NCBI GenBank assembly: GCA_964234715.1
Contig: OZ174279.1
DNA: 64,000 nucleotides
From: Podarcis melisellensis
Lineage: Eukaryota
Strand: one strand, 5' to 3'
How positions within the stretch are numbered: the stretch's first letter is position 1; the number at the start of each line of letters is the position of its first letter. The notes below the pieces were generated by a model. That model saw only the letters and a list, made by a program, of their open reading frames with translations, was not told the DNA's origin and did not search any database. Shown here piece by piece: positions 50,246 to 63,158 of this stretch. Both the position numbers and the translations under genes were made by a program.

Positions 50246-52379
50246 AAGAGTATTAACTTATCATGGCTGTGTTCCTTCATCTACCAGAAAAGGTCTTTCA
50301 TGGTTGGCAGTTTAATCAATGCTGCAGATGTCCTGATAGTTGCTGGTGTCCCACAGCTGGGCGTCCTGGCTTGGGATGTTTCTTTTTGCGAATGACAACA
50401 CTGCTACTTATGCACTGTAGACAAATGTGTTCCTCACCCTTTCATTCATTGATCCAGCCTATGAGCTATGACTTAAGACATATGATCTCAGAGACTCATC
50501 ATACTCCATTGGTCAAATGTGAAACAATCAGTAGATTTCCCCGCCCTATCACCAACCTCGGGGCTGATCTGAAAGACCACCCTGTCCTCGGATAAGGAGT
50601 GACATACTGCAGTTTCAAATTACATACTGCAGTTGAATTGTTTTGTGACTGCCAGAGTTTGGGGGCAGAAGCAGTAATAATGATAAAAGGGCATCAGAGT
50701 AATGGATATCTTCATAACTCCATAACTGCAGTTTAGGCTTTGGAAATTACCGATATGTGCTTTAAGGAAGGCTAACCAGAAAGTATTAGATGGTGTCTTA
50801 ACTGTTGCCAGCTGTGTAGCATTTAGAAATTAGAATAGAATGTTTTGCCATTCCTATGTGGCGAAATGCTGGCCCTGAATATTTGATAAGCCCTCCAAAT
50901 TTACAGTGTCTTTCACTGAATGTGCATAATTTTTGTTCAGGTAAAGATGACAATGGAACTTACAATAATTAATTCTTGAATTAATTATTCAAGAAATGAT
51001 GCTCCAGATGAGAAAGCAAATAAAGCAAAAGATGGACAATTTTCTGACAGAGAGGAGGGGAAAATGAGGAGCAAGGCTTAATCTCAAGGTTTAAAAGCAA
51101 CAGTAATAGACAAACCAAGGAGAGTCATAAAGATCCCGCCAAATTGTTTTGGTATGAGGAAAGTGAATTCCACATATAAATGACACTCTTCTGCAAGTAC
51201 CACAAATAAGTTCATGTGCAGCAAAGTATGCACAAAACAAGTACAGCCTAGTTTCATGATCCATGCACACTGCACACCTCCCATGGGGCATGTCTGGACT
51301 TCCTCAAATTTATTATCGTTATTATTTCAATATAGAATCATAGAGTTGAGTCACCTAGTTCAACTCACTGCAATGCAGGAATCTCAACATGTGTTGATCC
51401 CCCATCCATATACCACCCCTCCTGAAGGTGCCAAACTATTACTGTTGAAAACATTTCTATCTCATATTTAGGCTGCCTATACTCAAAGTGGCAACCACAC
51501 TCAAAGTGGCAACCACAAGTTATAAACCAATAAAATCTAGAGCCAGAAGAAAAAGAGAGATGTTGGAGGACAGCAATCCATCAATCAACTATGACCATGA
51601 GTAAATTAACTCATCCAAATGTTTTAATTAATGGAGGTTCTGGGAGTGAAACTCCGGGTAAACCTTAACTGCAAGTTTGTAATGTACAATCCACCTACAC
51701 AGCAGAACCATTAATCAGTACTTTAGTACTGTCACGGACTGCAAAGTAATCACTGCCAATTTATCCTTTCAGCACCAACAAACTGTCATCATCATTTTAT
51801 ATTTTGGGGGCCCTGAGGCATTTGCAACATTGGCCAATAATGAGTCATACTGTATCACCACCCCTAGTTACAGTTGTTTATTAGAAACCAATATACTGTA
51901 CTGGAATGTACTGTTCAACTATGGAGAGGCCATAGATGGAAAGAAAAGCAAACCTATTTGGGGGATGGAAAAACAAGGATTTGCAGAGTGTGTTTGAGTT
52001 ATCTGGATTAATGGCAAATGGTGACTGATGTATTGGCCTGTATAGTAACATGTATTCTTTCTTTCAGGTCTCCCACTAATTGCACAAGTTGGTGGAGCAT
52101 TTTGGACAATCCTTCCCGACTTTGGTCTAGAACTAGATTATGGTTTATCTCCCCCACTCCTCAGAGGCTAAGATTGACAGGTGGACAGAGCTGCCCACCT
52201 GCCAATCACCAGACGTCAGGTGACCTATTCTGCCTTCAGATGTGGTATCTTGCCCATGGTTTAGTAGCTCCATAGAAGAAGACATTTCAGCTGCTGTAGC
52301 TTGAATGACAAGCATTAGTGTTTGTGCAGTGTTTTACTGATCTGTAAGTAGTAGTAGTAGTAGTAGTAGTAGTAATAGG

Positions 52380-52755
52380 ATGAGGGTGGCACTGTGGTCT
52401 AAACCACCGAGCCTCTTGGGCTTGCTGATCGGCAGGTCAGTTCAAATCCCCTTAACAGGGTGAGCTCCCGTTGCTCTGTCCTAGCTCCTGCCAACCTAGC
52501 AGTTTGAAAGCACGTCTGTGTAAGTAGATAAATAGGTACCGCTGTGGTGGGAAGGTAAACAAGCGTTTCTGTGTGCTCTGGTTTCTGTCATGGTGTTCTG
52601 TTGTGCCAGAAGCAATTAATCATGCTGGTCACATGACCCAGAAAGCTGTCTGTGGGCAAACGCCAACTCCCTTGGCCTGAAAGCGAGATGAGTGCCACAA
52701 CCCGATAATTGCCTTGGACTGGACTTAACCATCCATGGGTCCTTTACCTTTACCT
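52380..52755 (+). mobile_element. Sauria SINE (older copy)
   Basis: Homologous to the other copies; tail CCTTTACCTTTACC. Confidence 0.82.
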
Positions 52756-52762
52756 ATTAAAT

Positions 52763-52765
<3 letters not shown>

Positions 52766-52813
<48 letters not shown>
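52766..52813. repeat. (TAA)n microsatellite, tail of an L2-family 3' fragment (52813-52866)
   Basis: About 15 TAA units followed by TACCCCACACATCTGGCTAGGTTTCCC, as in the other L2 ends. Confidence 0.9.
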
Positions 52814-55800
52814 TTTATTATCTATACCCCACACATCTGGCTAGGTTTCCCTAGCCACTCTGGGTTGCATTAGTGTGGTTGCAATGCACTAATGAAACAC
52901 TCCAAAAAAAGCACTTTTTCATATATGCCGGTGCATCGATACGTAGTGCTGCTGCACAAACACACGGGTGCACTGATAAAAATACAGCATGGTAAAAAAA
53001 ATTCAAGACTATCCCAGTTATACTGGTATTCATGAGTAGTGGAATTGCTGTTGTACAGAAGGTACAATAAACTGAGTGCAAAGAAGGGAAGATTAGGATC
53101 CCTTTCCAAATGCATAGCCATTTTTCCCTCTTGCTTCCAAAAGGGTGAATTAGGTTCACATTTAAAAGCAAATGTCTCTCCATCCCTCAGCTAGCTAGTA
53201 AGTTTTTGGAAACCACTAGTTGGTTTTGGAGTGCTTTGCTTATCTGCTCCAAAATGACTCGGGGCTTGTTTTGAGCCCCAAGAAGGCACTTCTGTGCAAG
53301 GATTTAGGTGTATGCGAATGCTCCAAAGGAAGATTAAGCATGGGAAAATATCTGCAGCCAATGTCAAAAGAGCGACCTGCAAAAGCTGGTTTCTAGCACA
53401 AAGCTTAGTCCTGCAAGTGAGAATGTATTGCTGCTAAAAAACCAGCTTTATCAGCTTTCTGTCAGCAGCTATCACCAGCACTTCCTTTCCCAATCAACGT
53501 GAGCTGTGACCTCATCATTGCAGAGGTGAAACTGTGACAGGGATTAGAGGCTAATAAAGAGCAACAAGGTAGTGGGACTGAACAAAGATGAGACTGTTGC
53601 ACAAAACAACACTTACTCAGAAAGTTACAAGTGAAATGTGAGTAGAAAGGCCACAGGCAACACTGCCCCACCAATGAAACCAAGGTCTCCAATGCATAAA
53701 AGCCCCCTGCCAGCTTCACCAAGAAACTTTTTTTTTTAAAGCAGGGTTAGACTGGCTTTGTGATTTGTGGGTATTCTTCTGGGATTTATTTATTTATTTA
53801 TTTAAAACATTTTCACCCTGCTTTGTACTTTGAGAAGGCCAATAGTCAATTTAAACAATGCCATACCACAGGAGCTACAAAAACCTAAAAACAGCAGAGG
53901 TAAAACCCACAATCAAAATCAGAAGGCAGTTGAACCAGCTTCCAACAAATTCCCAGTGTTTAAGAAAAGAAGTCTTCTGAAAAGGAAGAGAAGGGGGGGG
54001 GGGGCGCTGCTTAAACAGAGAAATTTCCTCTCCCCAATCCGCAAACTCCATTGAACAAGCTGGCTGCTGTGATTCACACTAAATCAAACTTCTGGGGCTC
54101 TTCAGAAGCAGAGAGAGATGTTGATTTAAGTTATCGATTTAAATAATTTCCTACTGATTCCTATTTATGCATTTTCTAAACAATGGTGCAAATCTGACCA
54201 TTAAACAAACTCCTTGCTATACTGCTAAAACTATTTTTCATTTCAGCAAGTAGTCCCAGACATATGACTTAGTTATGCATTCTCAGTTTTTTTCATGTTG
54301 CTTATTTTATCTGCATATTATTGACTATTATTTTAGAAATGGGGCTAACAGACACAGCAAAGGTGCAGAAACTCTAATAATGGTTGGGCTGCCTTTCCTT
54401 ATGGTAAAGGAAAAAGGAGAGGGCAGTCAGGGAACCAGCAAAATATAGTACAGCAGATTTGAGTTTATTGAATGGAAAAAGATGACTCAAAACACTTCCT
54501 TGGATACCTACAGCATTCATTATAGTGTTTGGAATGGATTGTTGGTTAAACTTCTTGTGCTGGAAGATTTTCGCTCTCGTTGTTATCTTATCCACCCCCC
54601 CCCCACAGCTTGTGTGCTATTTTGTTACTTGTAAGGATAATGACGCACCGCTACAGTAGAGACTTGGCTGTTTTAACTTTTTCCTGTTTTTGGTCTCTCC
54701 AAGAGATGGAGCTAGAGGAGTAGATTTCAGCCTCTCCCTAAGGTTCACCCTCCCCATTTAACGCGTTTGCTGAACAGCTTTTAAACCAAGCAGAGATAAT
54801 CATCAATCCCACAGAGCAATCATTGAAGATAGAAACTTTGTAATTTTGATAAGAGTCATGGCATGCTGTCAGATTTGCACTGATGTTTCTAATATTGCCA
54901 CACAGCAGCAAATTTTCGAGCCTTTGCAAAATTTGGAGACTTTCTAGTCTGACAGTCTTGGAATTCCTAGAAACAATTAGTAATTGATTTCCCCATCCCC
55001 ACAGCTGCACCAAAAACCAGTTTCAGATACACTACTGGGTAGTAATTGATATTGGATTGGAAATATAGGAAAGCCAAAGTAAAAGTAAATTATGCGATCA
55101 GATTTCCCTCTCCCTCCAATAAAACTAAAAGTATTGAATCCAGGGGTGGGGGAAGAAGGAAACAGCATTTTGGGAATGGACGGCACAGTTCCCCAGTGTT
55201 CATCATACTCTCCAGCTTCTCTTGGGGAGGGTCTAGTGTGCGTTCCAGAGCTGGCACAATACCTTTGGGCACCTGAGGTGAAAAACAGAATGACCCTCTC
55301 TTCCTGCTAGGGAAGAAGGGGTGAGTGAAGATCTGCATCAGGAATGGGGGGGGGGATAAAGATCTACATTGGGAGCAAGGAGGGGAGACCAGCAGACCTC
55401 CTATGCACCCAGAGGCTGCTGTTAGAGGGGGCTCTGGGAGGGCTGCCAAGAAGGCAGATCAGACCTCTGTTGTTGCTGCCACCTGGGCAGTGAACATGCA
55501 TTCCTTGGAGGCTGCCCCCCCCCCGTGGATCCTGACGCCTGAGGCAGTTGCCGCACCTTGCCTCATATGTGCCTCTGTAAGCCAGGGTGTATATAACCAC
55601 TTGGCAAACTGCTCATGTGTATTATACCATTAAAGGGCAATGAGCACTTTACCTCATGTCAGGAGCAAATGTGTTGTAAAATCATAACCTGTAACCAACC
55701 CAGCTGAATGTAAAATTTACATAACTTGGTCTTCTATTGATAATGGAGTTCAGAAGCCAAATGCATTTGCATTTTAGCTAGGAGCACTAGTTCATGTAAG

Positions 55801-57506
55801 CCATGGCAAATGGTTCTTGGTCCAGGAATTGATCTGGAGAGCCCACCTGTATCTTCACACAGTAATGGAAGAAGTTGCCTGCTACTTCCCAAGACCCTTT
55901 CCTCCACACTTGCTGTTAGGCAGAAATTATTAACATTCCCAGGCTTCAACAGACAAGAGAAGTGGATCGCCAACAGATCCAGGAACAGGGCAGGAGGCGG
56001 CACTAACTCCTTCCGCATCAAAGTGGTGCCAGTAGGTTTATTGGACAACATTGTGTTCTGTGCTGTTTCTAAACAAGAAAGGTGCATTTTCTACTCATTT
56101 TGGTGTGTACATAAAGTACAAAGTGGTAGAAATAAAAAACAAATCTCTTAAGAGAGTGGAGTACAAACAGCAATCATTTTTTTCTAGCATCACAAAAATT
56201 GTCTGTAAGACACTAGGGCTGCAATCCGACACCCACTTATCTAGGAGAAAGCCCCAGAGCCATGGACGCCATTCTAGAGTTTTCTGAAGCATCCAGAAAG
56301 CAAGTGTTGGAAGTTAGATATTGTTGGGGGGGGGGGAGGAAAAGATCAAAAATGGTCCATTAAAGAGAAGCCAATTCATTATTTCTTCCTTCACAAACAA
56401 AGAAAACAAGGAAAAGTGTTCTCAAGAGAAACTGTATGCCTTTCTTTAAGAGGGTGCACTTTAGATCAAGGATAGACTAAAATCTGTATGAAGTTGGAGT
56501 TACTAAGGTAACGATGCATTTTTATGAATACCAAAGCAAACAGATGAATAAACCTTGGGTCAATCATTAATTCATATTACTATTTTTTAAACTTTGCTAG
56601 AGTGATTTAGGTACCATACTTCCTCTTTATTTGATATTACATATGGTATTATTTGATTTAAAAGCAAACACTTAACACTGACTTTAAGTAAACACTGTTG
56701 CCTTTCTTCCCATATTACACTTCTTTTGAAATGTTAAGTTACTGATCATAGTGTGTATGTGTTTTAAGCTACAAAAACGGTTTCTGATTCAATAAGGTAA
56801 AGAATTGATGATTGAGACGAGGGTTGAAAATGCTAAGCTTTTACCAAAAAAGAAAAGAAAAAGAAAAAAGGAGGTGTATCAAGCACCAGGTCAAAGTAAA
56901 AGATTTGGGTAGATAATAATGAAATAGGAAATGCAGAGAATTTGCATTCTTCTGACATTAAATGTGGTTATTAGATCTTTAAAAGCATAATGTGTACTTG
57001 GAAAGAAGTTCTTAAGGCTACTATGTTAAGCACATACTTACTGGAGAGTAAGCCCTGTTCAACTCAATAGACTTATTTCTCAGCAAGTTCATATAGGATT
57101 GCACTGCATACAACCCTCTCGTGATTTCTAAATACTGTTGGTAAATAACAGATAACTTGAATCTTAACAATTTGTATGTGGTGCATGTTGAAGATCAAAG
57201 ATATATTCACATGGACCATGATTGTCTTTGTTAGAGCTGTTAGAATCCTTTGTGAATGAGGTGAGGCAGGAAATGTACTAAAGTTACTATGAGAGCGCTA
57301 TCAAATAGTGGAAAACACAACTTCTTCCTTTTGAGTTTTATTCCACCAAATCCTTTGTTGTTTTGTCTCTACTTATTCACATATTAGCTATGTCTAGTGA
57401 CATATTTAAAAGTTCCATAACACCATTTCAGTAAACAGCAAGGCAATGCAAACTCTCAACATTATAATGAACAGTCTTAACTATAAGAACCATTTCCCTG
57501 CAACTC

Positions 57507-57659
57507 TGCCTGGATAACTCAGTTGGTTAGAGTGTGGTGCTGATAACCCCAAGGTTGCAGGTTCCATCCCGTAAGGGACAGCTGTATAGCCCTTCATTGC
57601 AGAGGGTTGGACTAGATGAACCTCAGGGTCCCTTCCGACTCTACAATTCTATGATTCTA
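57507..57659 (+). mobile_element. Short SINE: tRNA-Ile-like head plus CR1-type tail
   Basis: CTCAGTTGGTTAGAGTGTGGTGCTGATAAC head; GGTTGGACTAGATGA...ATTCTATGATTCTA tail. Confidence 0.78.
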
Positions 57660-58735
57660 GATCGTTCACAAGAAACACTGATCAAGATCAACCTGGAAGT
57701 TGGAGTGAGGTGTTGTTGATAGGCTGATGACACCCAACTCTTATCCCTTTCATTAAATTCAGGTGAAGTTATTGACATGGTATTGGTAATAGACTAAATG
57801 AATCTTAAATCTGACTGTTGGTGGGTGATTTGTCTGTCCTCCTGCTTAAAATATAAAAGACAACAGAGCCTTAAAAAATAGCGGGATGAGGACTAACATG
57901 TAAAAATAAAACAGCTCTATGAAGAAAAGACCTAAAGAGACCTTGGTATCCCCAGTCCTAGCCTAACTCTAATTACGAACACCACACTGGCACCATTAGC
58001 CACTAAAAGCTGGCAGCTGGCAGTCCAGAACAAACCAAATGTTTTTTGTCCTGAGGTGAGCATTTCACAACCAGGGTACTGGGTCACTAGCCAGCTGATT
58101 TTAGAAGATCGGAGAACTCAGCATCTGAGAAGGTCTGAACCTCCTCGGCAAGGAAGACTTACTGCTACAACCAAGAAGACCTGCTGCTTGGCCACTATGT
58201 GCTCCTCCTCGGGTGGCAGGAGGGCCCAAAGAGGAAAAGCTCAACAATCAGACAGCTTTGTGGGGGCAGGTCCTAAACTGTACAGGGTTTTATGGTTAAA
58301 AACAGCACTTGAACTGTGCCCAGAAATAGATGGGAAGATGTTTTAACATTGCTGGGATGTGCTCTGACCAATTCACATGGAGAAAGAATCCATGTTTCAG
58401 AGGGGATAATTCTGACCTCCCTCATGTAAAAGCTCCACAATCCTACAGGATATATTTGCCAGTTCCCTGAACAGATTCTTTCAATGAGTAATTAGCTTCA
58501 AGCAGCATGAATGGGCTAGTTTTCTATCAAGAGAGTAAATTTTAGCTGACAAATTAGACAGATTCCCTAAGGCAACAGCTATGCAGCTTTGCCATCTGCA
58601 CTTAAAAACATGATTTATAATGGAGTCCTGTTTTCTGGGCACTCCTTTCTTCAGGAATGAAGCCTACACTGCATCTTAGATTTCTAGGTAGGGTGATCAT
58701 ATAATCCTGCATTTTCCATTTCCTTTGGTTTACAC

Positions 58736-58992
58736 CAGGAGCCAGCAAACTTTTTCAGCAGGGGGCCAGTCCACTGTCCCTCAGACCTTGTGGGGGGCCG
58801 GACTATATTTTGAAAAAAGAAAGAAAAAAGGAGTGAGTTCCTGTGCCCCACAATTAACCCAGAGATGAATTTTAAATAAAAGCACACATTCTACTCATGT
58901 AAAAACATGCTGATTCCCAGACGGTCCGCGGGCTGGATTTAGAAGGTGATTGGGCCAGATCCGGCTCCTGGGCCTTAGTTTGCCTACTCATG
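58736..58992. mobile_element. hAT MITE (same family as 29175, reversed)
   Basis: Reverse-complement homology to 29175-29423; TSD GTTTACAC vs GTTAACAC. Confidence 0.82.
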
Positions 58993-59141
58993 GTTAACAC
59001 AAAATATAATGGCCACGTTACCCAATTTAACATGCTCTTTTAAGATCCATCAGCATATTCTTGGGGGGGGGTTCCCCCTGCTGATATTTCCTGCTTGAGC
59101 ATGGATGGTCTGGTTTTGGACACAGGAATGTATCCAACAGA

Positions 59142-59279
59142 GGGATCACTCAGTTGGTAGAGCATGAGACTCTTAATCTCAGGGTTGTGGGTTTGAGCCC
59201 CATGTTGGGTGAAAGGTTCCTTTGGCAGGAGGTTGGACTAGATGATCCTGAGGGTCCCTTCCAACTCTATGATTCTATG
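59142..59279 (+). mobile_element. Short SINE: tRNA-Lys(CTT)-like head plus CR1-type tail
   Basis: CTCAGTTGGTAGAGCATGAGACTCTTAATCTCAGGG head; same CR1-type tail; decayed minus-strand copy at about 6886-7015. Confidence 0.8.
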
Positions 59280-61769
59280 TGGAGCCTTGGATATTCCTCT
59301 TACCATATATGATGATGAGAAACAGGGTTGGGGGCAAACCTGACTAGAGCTGATGGAAGTCCACAACATCTGGAGGCTCTGAAGGTGAGGCTGGTAGATA
59401 TGGGAGTGAAGCTAGCATTCAAAAATGCCTGCCTCCCACTCTCCCACCCCATTGCGATCTTGTGTCCTAGAAAAGCAGCCTAGCCTACTTTCTTCTCCCT
59501 GTCTCCTTTGCTCAGCACCCTTTCCCTCACTTGCTTGGCATCTAGTTTTGTGTACAACCATCATTTACTAAAAGAGCAAGATTGTCCTTTTAATTATCTT
59601 CTGCATCCCACTCATGATCTGATCCAGACAGTAACCACAGTCCACAATTTTTCTCCCCTTATTTCCCACTGCAGAGAAACCGCACATCCTACATCCACAC
59701 AGCAGCAATCCCATTCTTTTCATACTCACAACACATCAAATCCCACAATAACTCTGCGTCTCACGGCAACTCCTCTTTTTAAAGCCATGCCACAAAAAGA
59801 ACTGTTTGTGTGTGTTTTGGTAAGAGTGCACTGGGAAGGAGGAATGGGGCTGCTGTCAACTTCTGGGCGTGATCCACTATAAAGTACAGATGGACTAGTT
59901 TTCAAATACATTTTATTGTGTAGACGGTTCCCTAATGGAAGTGAAACCCTATCTCCATTGTGAAGATGTACTCTTGCATCAAGCTGGCATGTATGGGGAT
60001 TAAATGCAGCAAAGTCCCATCCTGGGCCAATGTTTGATCCTTATCAGTCTTTGACAGCAACATGAGCTTTTGGTCTTGTTTACACCTTGGCAACACCTGA
60101 ATGTCTTCTTGTGTTAATAAAATATGACTGAATTTAATTTTATGGAACGAGTGGGGAGGGCATTTACGATGTGGAAGGCTTTGAGGGAAAGAAGATGGAA
60201 AAAGAGCAGGGTGAGGCATGCATAGGTGAAAATCCAGTGATGAAGTCATCATGGATTCAAGTTGAAGCAGCAAAGTTATTTCCAGCTTGGGTGTGGGAGC
60301 GGCAGCAGTTGTGAAATGTGTAGAATGTGACACACTAGAGAGGTGTGGGTGGGCAGAGCTCTGCATAAGAATCGGCAGTACAACCTCATAGCTGTACATG
60401 GGGAACTGCCTTATAGTGAGCCACACCACTGCTCCCCCGGCCCAAGATGGTCCCGGACACTCACCTTTTCCAGCCCTGCTACCCAAAACCATTTTGTCTG
60501 GGATGGAACTTGGCACCTTCCTCATCACAAGTATGTTCTCTGCCATTAAGCTATGCTCCTCTAGGCTGCCCTGCAAGGTAGCGGCTACAAAACCCACAAA
60601 GCTCCACACATCTAAAAGGCCAGGGTGGGAGCACAAAGCTCCTCCTGCCATTAGCAGTCCTCCGACATCAGGATGATGTATTTCCAGTAATTAAGGCGGC
60701 TTAATAGTAAAACACTTTTGGACAAATGCCATATTGACATACTTAGGAAATTTAAGGCTACATCAGTTTTCAAACAGAAAAGAAACAAGTGGCAAAATCA
60801 AACAGCTGCCATGGGTGGCAGAATCCCATGGGGCAGCATGGGCCTGCTGGCATTGTGTGGCTGTGGTTTCACGTGAGACCTTGTGAGAGCTCTGAGAGAT
60901 CTCACTGGAAGTCACCAGTGCTGCAAGACCCAGGTAGGCAAGGTTTGGGAGGGGGGCACACTCCCATTTTCTCTCATGCTGCCCCTGACAAGTGGGGCCC
61001 TGCAACAAAAAGCTGTTGTGTGGAGGCTCCCAGCCACTCTTCCAATTCAGCTTCCCCTGGATTTTTGCCCTTTCAAGCCAGTATTTCATGATGAGGATGC
61101 TCAGTCTTTAGTGGACTCTTTAATGGGGTCTAAAAAAGAGGGTGGGGTAGGGTGGGCACATTTGTGCTCAAGGGTGTTTACACACTTGTGCTTGAATTGT
61201 TTAATTTATCCATTGATGTTCATGGGCAGCCTGGCCTTCCACCCCTCAGTGTCTCAGAGTGTGAACCACAGTCACCTATGCAGGAGGAGATGGTTCTTTC
61301 AAGGTATGTGTGTCCTTCTCTTTGTCCTCTGCATTCAAGCCCATCCTCTACCTATGGGTAGTGTTGTCCCCCTACCTGTAGCCAATACTGTCCTCCATTA
61401 CCCTGAGTTGTTAGAGGGATCTTACAAGGGTTTTCAACCCCATGGCAGCTGGCTTCAAAATATATATTTTTTTGTGCACCTACAAACCTTAGATTTCAGC
61501 AAGACAGCCCATAGCCCAGAGTGGTGGTGAAGCTCCCTGAGCATAGGAAGAATCAGATCGATATTAGTATTTATGATATCTTACAGTAAATAGTTTTCAT
61601 AGTTGGTGGAAATACATGTGCAAATTAAAATAAACACACCCTGTCATAGGAGAACAGCCACAGAAGGAAATATAAGCTGGTTACAAGTAAAAACACAAAA
61701 TACATTTTTAAAACCTTCTTGGCGTTCAAACTCTCCAATTCCTGTTTTTCTGTCCTGCTCAGGAGCAGC

Positions 61770-62420
61770 TACGGAAGAAGGGAACTCGCCAGGGAAGTGG
61801 GGAGCTGGGCTCCCTCCGGCCCCTTCGGGAGAGTCTCCTGCGGAGGGTCGGGAGCAGGAGCTGCGCCCCTTCTCCCGGGGGGGGGGAGCCTCACACAAAA
61901 TAAACCTTGGGCGCGAGTGGGGGGGGCGGATAAGAAGCTGCGCCGCTGCTGCGAGCGAGCGAGGCCACGAGGCCCCCACCCCCGCGAGAAGCCGGCAGGA
62001 AAGGGCGGGGATTGCTGCCTGGCGAGGCCGCGGAGGGCGAGCGGCTGAGGCCCAGGCCTGCCTGGAGCGGCGGCTGCGGGGCGGAGCGAGGCCTCGAGCC
62101 GGGCGGCCATGGCGTCTTGGGAGGCGCCGCCCGGGGAAGAAGAAGCAGCAGCAGCAGCGCCGCTGGCCGCCCTGGCCGCGCGGCTGACGGGGAGCGCCGA
62201 GGAGGAGCGGGAGGAGGCCTCGGCGCCCGGTCGCCTGGCAACCCTCGGGCAGATCGCGGCCCTCTTTCGCGACGCGGCGGGCAGGTGAGGGCCGCGGGGG
62301 GCTGGGGCCGGGCTGCGTCACGTGTGGACGCGCTGCCGCGTGTCTTCCTGCTGGGGCGGGGGTGGTTTTGCCTCGTCTCGGAGGAGGGACGGGACGAAGC
62401 AGGCGAAGGGGTGGGGGGGG
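61770..62420. promoter_or_regulatory. CpG island / promoter of the downstream gene
   Basis: Abrupt GC- and CpG-rich block containing GGGCGG boxes, against a CpG-depleted background. Confidence 0.85.
62109..62284 (+). CDS. ATXN10: Probable ataxin-10 first coding exon
   Basis: Strong Kozak GCCATGG; MASWEAPPGEEEAAAAAPLAAL...LGQIAALFRDAAGR then AG|GTgag (phase 2). Resembles the ATXN10 exon-1 end (LRALTALFKEQRNR); FBLN1-ATXN10 same-strand order is known in mammals. Confidence 0.75.
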
Positions 62421-62795
62421 GGTCGCTTCCTCCTCCTCTCATTCTTCCTGGCGATTTTGTAAGGAAGCCTCCAGAAATTTCTCGCCCCCCATTTCTCCCT
62501 GCATGTCTAGAAATACAAGGCGTCAAAAGTTCCTGCTGCTTCTCCTCGCTTGGCTGGATGCTGTGGCTTTTTGTCGGCAGAAGTTGCTTGGTGGGGTCTA
62601 AATACTACTACAGTACTGCTACTAATAACAACAACAACAGTAGCACTAATATGATTAGTAATACCCCACCCATCCGGCTGCATTCAGCCACTCTGGGTCG
62701 GTTCCAACACGTATGAAAACATAATAACGTGTCAAACATTAATAATAACAATCAGATCCAATACAGAAAAGTCACAATAACTTTAAAATAAGTAA

Positions 62796-63158
62796 AGGTA
62801 AAGGTAAAGGTACCCCTGCCCGTCTGGGCCAGTCTTGACAGACTCTGGGGTTGTGCGCCCATCTCACTCAAGAGGCCAGGGGCCAGCGCTGTCCGGAGAC
62901 ACTTCCGGGTCACATGGCCAGTGTGACAAAGCTGCATCTGGCGAGCCAGAGCCGCACACGGAAACGCCGTTTACCTTCCCGCTGGTAAGCGGTCCCTATT
63001 TATCTACTTGCACCCGGAGGTGCTTTCGAACTGCTAGGTTGGCAGGCGCTGGGACCGAGCAGCGGGAGCGCACCCTGCAGCAGGAATTCGAACCGCCGAC
63101 CTTTAGATCGGCAAGTCCTAGGCGCTGAGGCTTTAACCCACAGCGCCACCTGCGTCCC
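62796..63158 (-). mobile_element. Sauria SINE in ATXN10 intron 1
   Basis: Reverse-complement copy; 13-bp TSD TTAAAATAAGTAA at 62783 and 63159. Confidence 0.9.

Noticed and set aside
51481-51516. 18-bp tandem duplication (also a 13-bp one at 2946-2973)
   Set aside because: Ordinary slippage duplications with no associated structure
59142-59215. tRNA-Lys gene (and tRNA-Ile at about 57510)
   Set aside because: Acceptor and T stems are degraded, and each is fused to a CR1-type tail, so these are SINE heads
59932-61530. Long ORFs (239 aa on - strand, 215 aa on + strand)
   Set aside because: No recognisable domain or splice context; the first overlaps a decayed SINE-like piece; consistent with chance ORFs
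61603-62716. Multiple overlapping 190-234 aa ORFs
   Set aside because: Stop-poor GC-rich CpG island; only the ATG at 62109 has a Kozak context, a donor site and protein resemblance
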